NCBI GenBank assembly: GCA_002189035.1
Contig: NEEC01000029.1
Coordinates: 248,001 to 312,000, forward strand
Direction: 5' to 3'
Source of the DNA: Utricularia gibba
Lineage: Eukaryota > Plantae > Magnoliophyta
Length of the DNA stretch: 64,000 nucleotides
Part shown: in pieces, positions 39,487-52,176 of the stretch
How the letters are laid out: each line of letters starts with the position of its first letter
Numbering within the stretch: the first letter of the stretch is position 1
The notes under the pieces: generated by a model
What the model was told of the DNA's origin: nothing
Databases searched by the model: none
What the model saw: the letters and a program-made list of their open reading frames with translations, nothing else
Program-made: the position numbers and the translations under genes

Positions 39487-40439
39487 GAGATTCCTTTCTT
39501 CTTTTCCTCCTTTTTGTTTCGTTTTCAGTGGGGCAGCGCTGTGTTCCCCATACCACCCGCCCATGTGCATTATTGCTGGCCTCAAGGTCCCAGTCGTGTT
39601 GTTGTTGTAGTAGGGCTTAGCGGGTGATTACGATAGATTACCAGTCACACACTCATACGGACTCCTCCTTCAACAACGAGGAGTAGAAGGCACAGACAGG
39701 ACGACAATGGGGTCTGCTCCAAATACTGGAAAACAAACAAACACTACTAATAAATGGAGCTGCTGTTTATCTCAGCAACTGTATAATTTACTGCTCTGTC
39801 TCCTTCTCCACCCTTTTCCGCATCACATCACTTGCTCTGCTCTGCTTTTGGATGGAGTTGAAATCAAATCCCATCACTGTCATTTACACCAGCTTTCCCC
39901 CCATCATTGAATTGCATTGCATTGCATTCCTCGACCGGCTTCCTCGGAGCTTGACTTCCACACGTCTTGCACAAAACTGCAGCCAACTTCTCCTTCATTA
40001 CCTCAGCAGGTCCCCCATCCATTTCCAAAAAAGAATCGGGAAGCTCCTATGGGATAAAAATATTCCAAGCCTCGGTACCCACTTTTCGTATGGAGGATTT
40101 GATCTCTTCAAAGATGTCCATTTCCTCTGGAGATGCCCACAAACACAGCAGCACGGTGGAGGCTAACCAGCAGAAAAGGACATGCGCCATATCGAATTTG
40201 AAGTTAACAGTCTATCAAGGAGTAACTAACTAAGGAGTACGATCAGCCCGATGGGCATACCTACCCACAAGCAGTTTGAGGCCTAGACACACACAGTATA
40301 GTCGTCGAGATCTAAATGGTAACAATTACCACAGCCAAATACCACCACAGTATCTGCATTTGTCTGATGACGAAAGGTAATGGTGATGCGAAAAGTGGTG
40401 GGTGCACACATACATATGTCTCATCCGAATCACAAAAAA

Positions 40440-40548
40440 ACAGGTCTTCAATTTGTGCTCAGAGAGAACGTCGTCACCATTTTGGAGGACGAATCCCTCG
40501 GATCGGGGCTCAAAATCAAGAAACCTAAAAGCGTTGAACGCTGGGTTC
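40440..40548 (-). repeat. Diverged inverted copy of the leader and first codons of the 3-beta-HSD/reticulon gene (43352-43474)
   Basis: The reverse complement shares long near-identical blocks (e.g. tttcttgattttgagccccgatcc, gggattcgtcctccaaaatgg, tctgagcaca, ttgaagacctgt) with 43352-43474. Confidence 0.9.
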
Positions 40549-40798
40549 TTCCTCAACGGAGATCGCTGTGCGTTGTTACCGATATTGAAAATGCGCCTAA
40601 TGAAGTACCGTTGCACGCGACAAATCATAAATAGGCCGTTTGGTTGGGCCGAAATAAATCACTAGAAGCTCATTGTCATGCGGAGAAAAGGTCCAGGCCC
40701 AAAGCACACAAAAAAAAATAGAGAAGCGCATTGTTGTGGGTTCCAATTGTTTTCCTCAGTTTGTGGCCTGTGAGTCGAAGAAAATATGAGTTGACATA

Positions 40799-42761
40799 AT
40801 GCTTTGTGGAGCACCGAAAGCCATTGCTTTCTTCTTGGTATGTTGTGCTTCCACCAAATTTATAGCTCAATTATCCATACACGTTGCTGATTAATTTAAT
40901 CGAATTCAGTAGTAGTAGGAGTTCCAATTTCCGCAAGACCCTGTTCTTGTTCTTGAATGAATGCCCTACTTTTGTCATTCTTCTGATGATTTTATTACTG
41001 TCATTCCCTTTGTATTATCTTAGTTGATTGTATATCCAAAGGTTGGCATATCTTCTTCATCGGTTTTGTTGCAGAGGGAACCAGTTCTACGCCTACGGTC
41101 TGGTTTGGGACAATCACTTAAAGGAAAGAATCTGTGGAATGGCCTACGTTCAGTAAACTTAAAGTCCATGAGCAGCCAATCAGCTAAGGGAGGAGTTTTA
41201 TGCTTTCATAGCATTGCTGATAAGGCATCAACGTTGCAAATTGAGCTTGTAAGTTGAACTTTTACGCATTTCAACATGTGTGTGTGTGTGTGTCTGTGTC
41301 TATGTGTGTTATGAAGGTTTTTGAGGTAGCCTTACTGAATGTCTTTTGCGCTTTCTTTCTCCAACTGCAGTGCAGTTTACCTATATACACAGTGGTGACT
41401 TGTATTCTGTTGTCTAGGTTCCATGTCTTAAAGACAACTATGCTTATCTCTTACATGATTCGGACACTGGATCAGTTGGAGTTGTTGATCCCTCCGAAGC
41501 ATTACCTGTGATCGATGCCTTGAGCAAGAGAAACTGGAAGTTGGATTACATACTCAACACACACCATCATTATGATCACACTGGTGGAAACATTGCCTTA
41601 AAAGAAAGGTATGGGGCAAAGGTATGTGTGCATATCTTTGCGTTTGCATTAAGCTTTGAAAGGCTTAATATAATAGATTTTTCCCTACGCTTGCATCATT
41701 CTAGGTGGTTGGATCAGGCGTGGACAAGGAGAGGATTCCTGGTATCGACATAATCTTGAAGGATGAGGATAAATGGATGCTAGCAGGCCATGAGGTGTTC
41801 ATCTTGGAAACCCCAGGTCACACAAGAGGTTGAATTTCATACTTGAATGCCTCCTATTGTTCTGGATCAATGATCAATTTAACTTTCTTAAATAATTTCT
41901 CTGGCAACGAACTGCTGATCTGTTATTGTTTGTGCCCTCAGGGCATATTATATTTTACTTCCCGCAGTCAAATGCAGTTTTCACTGGAGACACCTTGTTC
42001 AGCTTATCATGTGGTAAACTTTTTGAAGGAACTCCAGAGCAGGTATTTGAACAATCATCTGAACTTTGAACCTTTCGCTGTTTTGAAATATGCAGACATG
42101 GCTTGTGTTGATTCATGTTTTAGTGGTTGTTAAGTTTGAAGTTCTTGTTTCTTCGGAGAAACTCAAACTCACACTCGTCGTTACAATAGATTGTTCCTTG
42201 TTTTTTTCTTGCTATCTCATCCATCTCTGCCAAGATCAATTTTTCTTGAAGTTTTCCTTTCCTTATGATTGGAATACAACAGATGGTATCCTCACTGAGG
42301 AAGATTGCTTCTCTACCAGATGACACTAACATATACTGCGGCCATGAGTATACCCTGGCAAGTAAATCATTACCTTTTTTCCTTTCATTATCGTCCCACA
42401 TGTATCTCTGATGGATTTACAACTGCTCTGCACAGAGTAACTCCAAATTTGCTTTGTCGATAGAGCCAGGAAACGAGGAGTTGAAGTCGTATGCCACTCA
42501 AGTAGTTGAGATTCGCAGCAAAGGCTTACCAACTGTACATAACTTCATTTTACATTCTCCCACACGCATGACTCTGAACTAATCTAATGTTGCTAAACTT
42601 GTAAACTCTTTCAGATACCAACCACGTTGAGAAGGGAGAAGCTTTGCAACCCATTTCTTCGAACATCAAGTGCAGAGATCCGAGGGGCGCTGAGCATCCC
42701 GGAATCAGCCGATGAAACTGAAGCCTTGGCTGCCATCCGTCGAGCCAAAGACAACTTCTGA
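40799..42761 (+). CDS. GLX2: Hydroxyacylglutathione hydrolase (glyoxalase II), organellar type
   Basis: LQIEL|[21 protein letters not shown] metal motif, [26 protein letters not shown]. The first exon (40799) is inferred. Confidence 0.92.
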
Positions 42762-42953
42762 ATGCGTTCGGCAGTCCTGTTGTAAACAAGAGTCGCCGGC
42801 ATTCCAAGTGCCTTGTCACAGACAGTTTTGTTCAAAGCAATCCAGCCCTCGTTGTATATCCGATCAGAAAGGGGAAAAAGGTGGAAGCAGCAACCGCATA
42901 TGCGCTTCCATCACCACCTGGTGGCCATTTCCATCCCAGCAATGCTTACCACC

Positions 42954-43116
42954 TTCACATCACATTCTCCCAGACTCTGAACTAATCTTCTGGTGCTCAG
43001 CTGTAAACCCTCTCTCAGATGCCAGCCACGTCGTGAAGGGTGAATCTTCCATGTCTTCGAACATCAAGCGCAGAGATGTGGCCGGCGCTGAGCGTTCCGG
43101 AATCAGCTGATGAAAC
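42954..43116 (+). pseudogene. Degenerate tandem duplicate of the last intron and exon of GLX2
   Basis: Aligns to 42544-42720 (acattctccca..gactctgaactaatct...tcagat.cca.ccacgt...tcttcgaacatcaag.gcagagat...ccggaatcagc.gatgaaac), with a deletion. Confidence 0.85.
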
Positions 43117-43420
43117 CCGAACACGGGAGGCGGGGTATCCAAGTGCCGTGTCGTAGAAAATTCGATCAAAAAGGGGAAATTTTTTATTAAATTAAATTTT
43201 AGGGTTCTTTAGACGTACCAATTCGACCGTTTTGAAGAGCTTTGGGCCCCGGGTGTGCAGCTAACTGCGTCGATCTTTCCTTGTCTAATATTTATTTATT
43301 CGAATCTGGTAACTAATGTGATGAATACAACATCTGAAAAGCGACCAAGTGGAACCCAGGCTTCAACGCTTTTTACGTTTCTTGATTTTGAGCCCCGATC
43401 CCAGGGATTCGTCCTCCAAA

Positions 43421-46400
43421 ATGGCCAACGAAAATGGTGGCGACCTTCCCTCTGAGCACAGCTTGAAGACCTGTGCGGTACTGGGCGGAAGAGGATTTGT
43501 TGGTCGTGCATTGGTGGAGAGGCTACTGAGGCTGGGTCACTGGATCGTGCGAGTTGTTGATTCTTCCAAGTCCTTGGAACTCAACTCTTCTGAGTCGCTT
43601 CTTTCCGAGGCCTTAACCTCTGGTCAGGCCTCTTATCTTCATGCTGATGTGCGCCAGGAATCCCAGATCGTCGAAGGTAGATTAGGAGATTGTTTGTTTG
43701 TTTCCTTTTCTTGATCGTGGCTGCTCTGGATTTTGGACATTGCCTATGGGTATCTAACGCTGGCACGGGATTCAGTGGGAAGTTAAAATTGAGTTGTTGG
43801 TGTCTTGTTCATCATTCGATTTCAAGAATTTAAAATTCATTTTTTGACACGGTGTTCTTTCTTTCCAGCTATAAAGGGTGTTTCGATTGTGTTTTACACT
43901 GACTGTGCGGAAACGCTTCCCCAGAATTCATTACTCTGCTACCAGATTGTGGTTCAAGGTATAGTCTGGGAAGAGGGTAATGTTATGAATAAATTTGCTG
44001 TACTGCGTATTACTGTGTTGCCCTGATGTCGCAGGTACAAAAAACGTAATAAAAGCTTGTCGAGAATGCGGTGTTAAAATTTTGATCTACAACAGTTCAG
44101 CTGATGTTGTATTTGATGGTATACATGACATACGTAATGGAAATGAATCTTTGCCATATTCAGGTCAAGTAAGTATCTTACTGGGGTGTGTATGCATACT
44201 GTCATTTTTATCTGGGTTGTCCGGTAACTTTCCCTTTCGAAACGTTGTCATACAGTTCTGGAACGATGTGTCTGATTTTAGAGCCCATGCCGAGGCACTC
44301 ATCTTACTGTCAAATGACTTCAGTGGCCTATTGACATGTGCACTTCGACCTTCCAATGTGTTTGGTCCTGGAGACCAATTCTTACCCATGCTTGTGAATG
44401 TGTCAAAATCCTTCTGGGCTAAGGTTGGAGCATTTTCATAGACGTATGCATATTGGTGGATACTGTTTAACATTCCTTTCTCTATATGTGCAACTTTGTT
44501 GCCATCGCCATTCTTCCTTTATTTTTACCATTCTCCTGTGATTACTGCACTACTTAATACTTCTTTGAATTAGTAATAGATTTCTCATTTCAGTTTATTT
44601 TAGGAAGTGGGCGAAATAAGTCTGATTTCACCTACGTGGAAAATGTGGCCCATGCTCACATCTGTGCCGTAGAATGTTTAAATTCTGAGGTGCCATCTGC
44701 AGCTGGGAAGGTAATTTTAAATTTCAACGTTTTTTGTTTAAAATTATTTGGATTTACTGTCAAGGTTTATTTATCTCAATGTGTTACGTAGGCCCTTTTC
44801 ATAACGAATCTCGAACCAGTAGATTTCTGGGAATTTTCATCTTGTATGCTTGAGGGCCTGGGCTACCAAAGGTATAAACAAATGTGTTTTGATATGGCAA
44901 GCCTGCTTTAAATAACTTTTAGTTTTTCAGGTTACATGCTGAGTTTCAAGAATGAGCCTCTTTTATATGTATATATATATATTTTTGATAAAAACAACTT
45001 TATACCTTTTTCCTACATGTGAGTTCCACCTTGCAATGACTGTTTGGTATGCAAAAGATAAATAAAGTTACTGTAAGTAACTTCTATGCTTTTGTATATT
45101 CATTCCTCCTTGCTTCATTGCAGACCTGTTATCCACCTTCCAGCTTGGGCAGTCCCTTGGGTTTTGTATCTTATGGAATTTTTGAATGCTATGCCAACCT
45201 CGAGAGAGGCTGATACTGGTGCGAATTTTTTTAGACTTGCTGCATTAGCTTCGCGCACCAGGACATTTAGCTGCTCAGCAGCTCAAGAACGTATTAACTA
45301 TTCACCAGTTGTCCAACTGGAGGTACTTGTGATCCTTGATTTTGGTATAGTGCTTGGCGTGATTTACATCAATTTCTGTCTTCTTTTTAAATTCCCCGAT
45401 TTTTTTCAACTTCAGAATGTGCATTATATTTTAGAGAAGTAATGCTATGTCGCTGAATAGAAACCACTGCTTGACACACAGGAAGCAGTGAAGTCAACTG
45501 TAGGCTCCTTCTCTCATTTGGCAGCTAACTCCCCGCTAATGAGAACCGTGGATTCTATCAGACAGTCAAAATTGGAGAGGCTGTTAGGAGGTGGAAAAGG
45601 TGTGAATCGATGTTTTTTTCTCCTCATTTTTGCTCACTTGAACATGTTATATTTACCTGTCCATGTTCTCTATGGAGACTAGACCCTGAACATTGTGAGG
45701 CTAATACATGTCTCATTCTTCGAAAGGTCAACCATTTTTGTTGATGTTCTAACCAGTTGAGGCCCTTACTTCTAAAGCTTATTCAGCATGAACCAGTTTT
45801 CACATAAAGAGTCAAGGCTTTGCGTTCCACTATAATTTTCAATCGACAACAACTGACAGCATGTGTTTGCTACAGTTGCAGATATTTTGCTGTGGAGAGA
45901 TGAGAAGAAGACCTTCATTTCCTTCTTATTGTTTTCTCTACTCTATATTTGGTTTTTCCTCACGGGTCTAACGTTTATCTCCTCAACTGCTGGGCTGCTT
46001 ATGCTGACTCTGATATTACTTTGCGGACATTACCATCTGCCACTAGCAGGGTAGTTTATCATTTCGCTTTGTTATCCACGTCACTAGTTCTAGTATGATA
46101 GTCATTGCCTCTTCAGGTACGGCTCCATGCTTCCCAGACTCTCACCGTCATGGTTTGAAGTCTCGGAAGCGGACATGAGAAACTCCTTCCTGGCAGTGAG
46201 GTGTCTGTGGAATAAAGTGGAGGATCTAGTGAATTCACTTGCCCGGGGAGAAGATTGGCCCACCTTCTTCAAGGTAAACATTGGAAGATACTTCATTTCT
46301 GCATCTGGGGCGGGGCGCTTCTTCTTTTTGACCTCCTCCTACTCATGCAAACGCAGGTTTCAAGCTTCCTGTACATCTGCAAGTTGACGATTCCCAAGCA

Positions 46401-46772
46401 CTTGGGCACCGTCGTCGGTCTGGGTATGTAGCAAGCAGTGTGAGGGGGGGGGGGGGAGCATCAGGAGGGAGGGTGATAATAATTGTTGTGTACCTTTTTT
46501 GTGCAGCGCTGATCCTCTCCTTCACCCTGTGCTTTGTGTACGAGCAATACGAGGATAAGATCGAGGGGATGGCCGGAGTTGCGTTCCGCGTCGGGAGCAG
46601 CGCCATGATGCGGTTGATCGGGGCCACAAACCGACCCAAACCCCCTACTTTGCATTGCTTTTGCTCTAGCTCTCTCTATTTTGGAGGGGATTTCTACTTT
46701 CAAGGACTACTCAACACTAAATTATTAAAAAAATTATTCTTCTTTATTCATCAAGAAGCAAAAGAGGGGTAA
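43421..46772 (+). CDS. 3-beta-hydroxysteroid dehydrogenase/decarboxylase fused to a reticulon domain
   Basis: VLGGRGFVG Rossmann motif, YNSSADVVFDG, TCALRPSNVFGPGD, DFTYVENVAHAH, then reticulon-like VADILLWRDEKKTF and FVYEQYEDKI. The 3' end is uncertain. Confidence 0.88.
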
Positions 46773-47531
46773 ATAATCTCAAGTAAACTTGTGGCTGATT
46801 TATCATCATATTATTTTCAAATGTTTGACATAATTTAGCTCCTCCTCGTCTTGATACACCCTAGATGCCATAGATTTTGCAGTCACAGGCGTCCCTTGTG
46901 CTCTTGTGGAAAGTGCTCTCTCCAGTCTCTCGTGTGATTTGTATTATTTTATTCACAAATGGCGACATAAACAGCGGGCCTGGTTGGGCCGGCTCTGTAA
47001 TTTGGATGCTTGAGAAGCGGGCCTTTTGGGCCGGCCCCAATTAATGCAAGAGTATGTGTGGACGAAAGAGTCTTGGGGAGGGAGCATTTTTAAAGGATTA
47101 GTAATGATGATATTATTTGTATTTTAAATTTTGAAGACCATTTTTCCATTTAAAATAATTAGGCATTTTAGAGTAGCATTGAAGTTACTAGTTCACAAAG
47201 GGGGTTCCACAGTGGAAATGTGCATTCATGCAATGCACCATTTCTTTTCTAAGTATTAGGATGCAGTTAGTTCATGCACCATGTTGTGGCTGTACGGTAC
47301 CGCATTTGGCAAACCCAAAATCCTCTTCCGAATCTCAGAAATGAAAAGGGAAGCTGATGTGATGAAGGGCACGTATTAGAACATGTTCACATAGACTGTC
47401 GTAAGAAAAACCACACTCCGTAGGCAACACAAAGATACAAGCACGATATACCACCCACTTTTATTACACACAGAAGAGAAGGAGAGGAGAGCATGGATCA
47501 TGGATGGTTGTCCGTCCACCTACATTCTTCC

Positions 47532-47958
47532 TTAGTCCCATCCACCGGGGTAACCGCCTCCCCACCCGCCGTACCGGGGATATCCGCCTCTCCACCCGCC
47601 GTAGCGTGGATACCCTCCCCCGTAGTAACCACCGTAACGGGGGTACCCGCCGTAGCCGTAGCGTGGATAACCTCCCCCGTAACCGCCGTACCCGGGGTAG
47701 CCGCCATATCCGCCGTACTGGGCATTCTCACGGAACTCGCCTTCAGTAGGGTTCGCGGTTTCCTTGGCTGAGCAACCATCAAAACAATGCGTTGAATAAC
47801 CAATAAAAGAAAAAACGATTTCGAGATTGCATAAAGAAAGACTCACATGCATCCAAAGTGTTGGAGGTCTCCGCGAGATCTCTAGCAGCGGCCTCGGAGG
47901 AGACCAGGAGGAGCACGGCCACGAAAAGGCCGACGAAGAGAGCTAACTTGGAAGCCAT
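47532..47958 (-). CDS. Secreted glycine-rich protein A (GRP/nodulin-24-like signal peptide, YGG repeats)
   Basis: MASKLALFVGLFVAVLLLVSSEAAARDLAETSNT, an intron, then QYGGYGGYPGYGG...GGYPGGWD*. Confidence 0.9.
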
Positions 47959-48035
47959 TTTGTGTTTTCACGCAGAGGAAGTTTGTGTGCTGTTCGTGTC
48001 TCACTTGGCGAGGATGAGCTCGAACCAGGGCGCCC

Positions 48036-48042
48036 ATTTATA
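48036..48042 (-). promoter_or_regulatory. TATA box of GRP-A
   Basis: TATAAAT about 80 bp upstream of the ATG, conserved in the GRP-B arm. Confidence 0.75.
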
Positions 48043-49295
48043 GGCGAGAAGGAATGATTGCACATGGGACCAGCTCTTAGTTGTTCGAGTATCCACGCAA
48101 ACCACTCATTTCTTTGAGAAGACACAGCACCAGGATAATGAAGAGAATATGAACGCGTTGACCTCAAACGCGCCAGCAGCGGTTGGCGGTGCAGCTGCAT
48201 CAAGTTAATGATGCTCGATGATTGCTTCCAGTGAGACCATGTCAACGGGCTCGCACATTCCCTTTTCTAGGGTTTCGTAGTTGGGGTTTGACCTTTTAAA
48301 CCTGCTAACAAGAATGCCTTACGGACCAAGATGAGGTTTAACCGCGATTCGGGAACAACTATTTTTACCCAATGCACATGAACTGCACGTATCTCTCTTA
48401 CACCTCTTGTCATCAATCCATACATTTAGTTCCTCGTAGGCGATTCGTATATGGCATTAGCGAGACATTTATTTCATAGGGCGTGATATTATGTCAACAG
48501 GCAACGCGCACCTACTCGCATTATTGCCTGAAGTAGGCCAGTAGTTGCCGCCAACACCCTCCTTTATTCAAGCCTTGGGGAGTTAGGGCTACATGAGCAC
48601 TCAACAAGGACAATCTTCTGCAATAAAATCAATCACTAAATATATTGTGATGAGGCAAACCCGCAGACCCTTGAGTAATTAACATTAAAAATCACGACTT
48701 GTTCTTCTGGTTTAGTATTTGTCTCACTTGTTTGACGAGGTCTTCACTGAGTAGAAAAAACAGGGAGCATTAACTGGACAGAACTGCACAATCATCAACG
48801 CATTATGTCAACATGTTGACGAAGTCAGCCGCATTTCCCTATGTCGGCCGTGTTTCGGATAACTTTCTTTTTTGGTTCAGATAACCCCTTGTCTTGGTTT
48901 CGGACCATCTGTAATTCTTACAAGTAGATCTGGTTGTGTGTTCTGTCACATACATTTTTCTGAATTGGGATGACATGAATTTTTTTTTTTTTTTTGAGGG
49001 ATGGGTTAGAGATGTCGAATTAAAACTCTTTTCTTCCTAAATCGAATAAACACACACGCAAGCTGTTGGAAATATGGTTTATTATAGGCTTGAAGCTACT
49101 GCACAACCAACTTCCGCGAAGAAGAAAGTGTCAACGCGTTCATACTTTCTTCATTATCTCGTCTCGTGTAGGTGTTTTCTCGAGGAAACGGGTGGTTTAT
49201 GTGTATACAGCATTCTGCGTGGACTTGTGAGCTGCATTTAAACCCTACCCAACGATCAACTAAGGGCTGGTCCCATGCAATAATTTCTTATCTTC

Positions 49296-49302
49296 TATAA
49301 AT
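49296..49302 (+). promoter_or_regulatory. TATA box of GRP-B
   Basis: TATAAAT about 90 bp upstream of ATG 49388. Confidence 0.75.
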
Positions 49303-49387
49303 GGGAGCCCTGGTTCAAGCTCATCCTCGCCAAGTGATACACGAGCAACATACAAGCTTCTCCTGTGTGTTCTGTTGAAAACACAAA

Positions 49388-49809
49388 ATGGCTTCCAAGT
49401 TAGCCCTCTTCGTCGGCCTTTTCGTGGCCGTGCTCCTCCTAATCTCCTCCGAGGCCGCTGCCAGAGATCTCGCGGAGACCTCCAACACTTTGGATGCAAG
49501 TAAGTCTTTCTTTATTGAATCTCGAAATCGCTTTTTTCTTTTATTGGTTATTCAACGCATTGTTTTGATGCTTGCTCAGCCAAGGAAACCGCAAACCCTA
49601 CTGAAGGCGAGTTCCGTGAGAATGCCCAGTACGGCGGATATGGCGGATATGGCGGCTACCCCAGGTACGGCGGCTACCCTAGGTACGGCGGATATGGCGG
49701 CTACCCCAGGTACGGCGGTTACTACGGAGGAGGGTATCCACGCTACGGCGGGTATCCCCGGTACGGTGGTGGTGGGTGGAGACGCGGTTACCCCGGTGGA
49801 TGGGACTAA
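49388..49809 (+). CDS. Secreted glycine-rich protein B, paralog of A
   Basis: MASKLALFVGLFVAVLLLISSEAAARDLAETSNT, an intron, then QYGGYGGYGGYPRYGGYPRYGG...GWD*. Confidence 0.9.
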
Positions 49810-50551
49810 GGAAGAATGTCGGTGGAAAGCCATCCATGCTCTCCTCCTATCCTGTGTGTAATAAAAGCGGGTGGTATATGGTGCTTGTATCTTTGTGTTT
49901 GTGTGTGTTGTGGGGTGTTATCGTAATCTATGTAACACATAATCATCCTGCTATGGATTCATAACCCTATCAAAAAAATGAAAAAACTTGATTTCATCAG
50001 CAACATCAACTCATCAACACTTGCAAGCCAGGGCCGACTTCTATCTAGTCTTGCCTCCAAGGGTGTGTGAAGTTACTCTCACGCCCTTGCATACATATGC
50101 AGTAGAAGCAAATTCCGCTAGATGCGTAGATGGCAGCAACTGTGGAGCTCTGTCTCAGGTTCCTGATGAACACGACAGGACAGAGGGCGTTTCTGTGATG
50201 TGGGGTTAATTTAATATTATTCTTCTGCATGGAGATCAGGGTCTGTGGTTGAATGATGAAGAAGGCGATGAGTGGACACTAAAATGCCAAAGAGTTCACA
50301 TGCTTGGCGTAGTGCCAGAAACCCTTTGGATCTGATGATGGGGATACGTAGACTTATACTGGATGGGTATGTGAGAATAATGTTGGGTTTTTATTTTTCA
50401 ACGTACACAACACAACATCAAATAACCACAACTTGAATTAAAAGCACTGCATCAAATAACTACAACTTGACACGGCGTTTGGAGATACACATGGCACCAT
50501 CATCAGCATTTATTCGATGCCATGATCCATTGGATGGTGGTATCGCATTCT

Positions 50552-50938
50552 TCAGTTCGCCGGCTCATTTTCTACTCCTCCTCCCCAACCGCCGCCGCGG
50601 CGACCTCTTCCCCATCCGCGGCCGGGGTACCTGCCGCCGGGGTACCCACCTCTTCCCCATCCGCCTCCAGGATACCCATACCCATATTGAGCACTTTCAT
50701 AGAATGCACGTTCATCAGGGCTCACATCTTCATCCGCTGCATATACAAAAAAAAAAAAAAAAGAGCATAATCATGTCCTATGCGAACACCATCAAATCAG
50801 CGAAATAGAAAGCGAAGATGGGTTACATGCAGCGAGGGAGTTGGAAGTCTGAGCCAGATCTCTTGCAGCAGCATGAGAAAGAAGAAGAAGGAAAACAGAA
50901 AAGAAAATCCCCACAAAGAGAACCACCTTGGAAGCCAT
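50552..50938 (-). CDS. Secreted glycine-rich protein C, more diverged paralog
   Basis: MASKVVLFVGIFFSVFLLLSHAAARDLAQTSNS, an intron, then DEDVSPDERAFYESAQYGYGYPGGGWGRGGYPGGRYPGRGWGRG...NEPAN*. Confidence 0.85.
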
Positions 50939-51555
50939 TTTTTTTTTTTTGCGGTGCCTGGTATGCTAGAGTGTGTCTATTACTTATAGCTGAATAAAAC
51001 CCCAAGTTTACCTTCACTTAGTGGCTGGGCACTAAAGACAATGGACCCGTGTTAGGTGCTTGTTTCACTGATAACATTGAATGCGGCCACACTGCCGTGT
51101 GATTTTTTTTATCATGGCGAGCTGTCACTCTCGCGGTTACCATTGTTGAAATTCGGTCTGCTGCTGCATGGATTGAGAACACTTTTACTGCTAGTTTACA
51201 TGAAGTTCTACATTCGCAGCTACCTCTTCATTTGATCAAACATCACATATGCATGCAGTAATGTATCCAGAGTAGCTTCCCCGGCTATTTGGTACCAGAA
51301 CCAGAGAGGCGTTGAAGGGTAGTCGGTGGCAACTGCTGGCATCCCATCAATGGAATTAACTGCAGTTTCTATTCCGGACGCCCAGGCCCATGTGACGGAC
51401 GGTATGCAACCTTGGGAGCAGACCGAACCCTCGTTAGGGTGAAGCCCATTAACGGCCCAATTGTATTTTTTTTAATAAACTGGCCCATTTATTGGTCCTT
51501 CGTAACCCTATTTCATAGTTTTTTGTCCCGGATCTCTCAGGTCTATCGGCGGCAA

Positions 51556-52176
51556 ATGGCTTGTACGATCGACTTCCGGCGGCTGGACGAGGGCTTCGGG
51601 GGCAAAACCTTGAAGCGAAAGAGGGCTGAGCAGGAATCAGAGAAGTTCAACAGTGTCCTTCCAGATGATTCTTCTTCCGAGCCTCAATCCATGGACCTGG
51701 ATGCCGAAATTCACCAACAGGCTAAGCGTCAGGCTGCCTCGTCTTCGGAAAATCCCGATCGGCCCATTGCCGTCCGTCCGACTTACGCCGGTGTGATCGC
51801 CGGGAAGGTATCTGGTAGGAAGTGGAAAGATGTGAGGACGCGAAGAGCGTCTGCTGTGCAAGTCAGCCGGAAGGGGACAACGGTGGAGCAGAGGATGAAG
51901 GATAGGGAGATAAAGAGGGCGTATAAGGAGAGGATGACAGAACTGAAGGAGGAGATTCGGCGGAACAAGCAAGAGAAGCGGCAGCGGCGCGAGGAGCGGG
52001 AGAAGAAGAAACAGGAGAACATACTTCGGACGGGGACTAAGCTTCAGAAGATCACGAATCCGAAAACCCTGAAGAAGATCGCTAAATCAAAGCAAAGGAA
52101 ACTTCTTAAAGTTGTTCCAGAGGATTTTCTCAGCAAAAACAAAGCTTCTTCCGGATCCCAGAAGAGCAAGAAGTGA
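51556..52176 (+). CDS. Basic coiled-coil protein, CCDC86/Cgr1-like (putative rRNA processing)
   Basis: Intronless: MACTIDFRRLDEGFGGKT...GKVSGRKWK...ENILRTGTKLQKITNPKTLKKIAKSKQRK. Confidence 0.8.
   Translation: MACTIDFRRLDEGFGGKTLKRKRAEQESEKFNSVLPDDSSSEPQSMDLDAEIHQQAKRQAASSSENPDRPIAVRPTYAGVIAGKVSGRKWKDVRTRRASAVQVSRKGTTVEQRMKDREIKRAYKERMTELKEEIRRNKQEKRQRREEREKKKQENILRTGTKLQKITNPKTLKKIAKSKQRKLLKVVPEDFLSKNKASSGSQKSKK

Larger units (their letters stand above)
47428..49900. repeat. Inverted duplication: arms about 47428-48055 and 49285-49900 around a spacer of about 1.2 kb
   Basis: TATA box, leader, exon 1, intron, exon 2 and 3' UTR are all recognisably shared in opposite orientation. Confidence 0.92.

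Noticed and set aside
47532-49809. Short periodic repeats resembling a CRISPR array or satellite
   Set aside because: They are codon repeats of glycine-rich proteins in a eukaryotic genome, with no repeat-spacer structure or cas genes.
47493-49861. Pro/Thr/Ala/Val-rich ORFs overlapping the GRP genes
   Set aside because: They are alternative-frame or antisense readings of the Gly-Tyr repeats.
49988-50330. Fragments faintly resembling F-box-associated domains (CVDGSNCG; WLNDEEGDEWTLK)
   Set aside because: Too short and degenerate to support from sequence alone.
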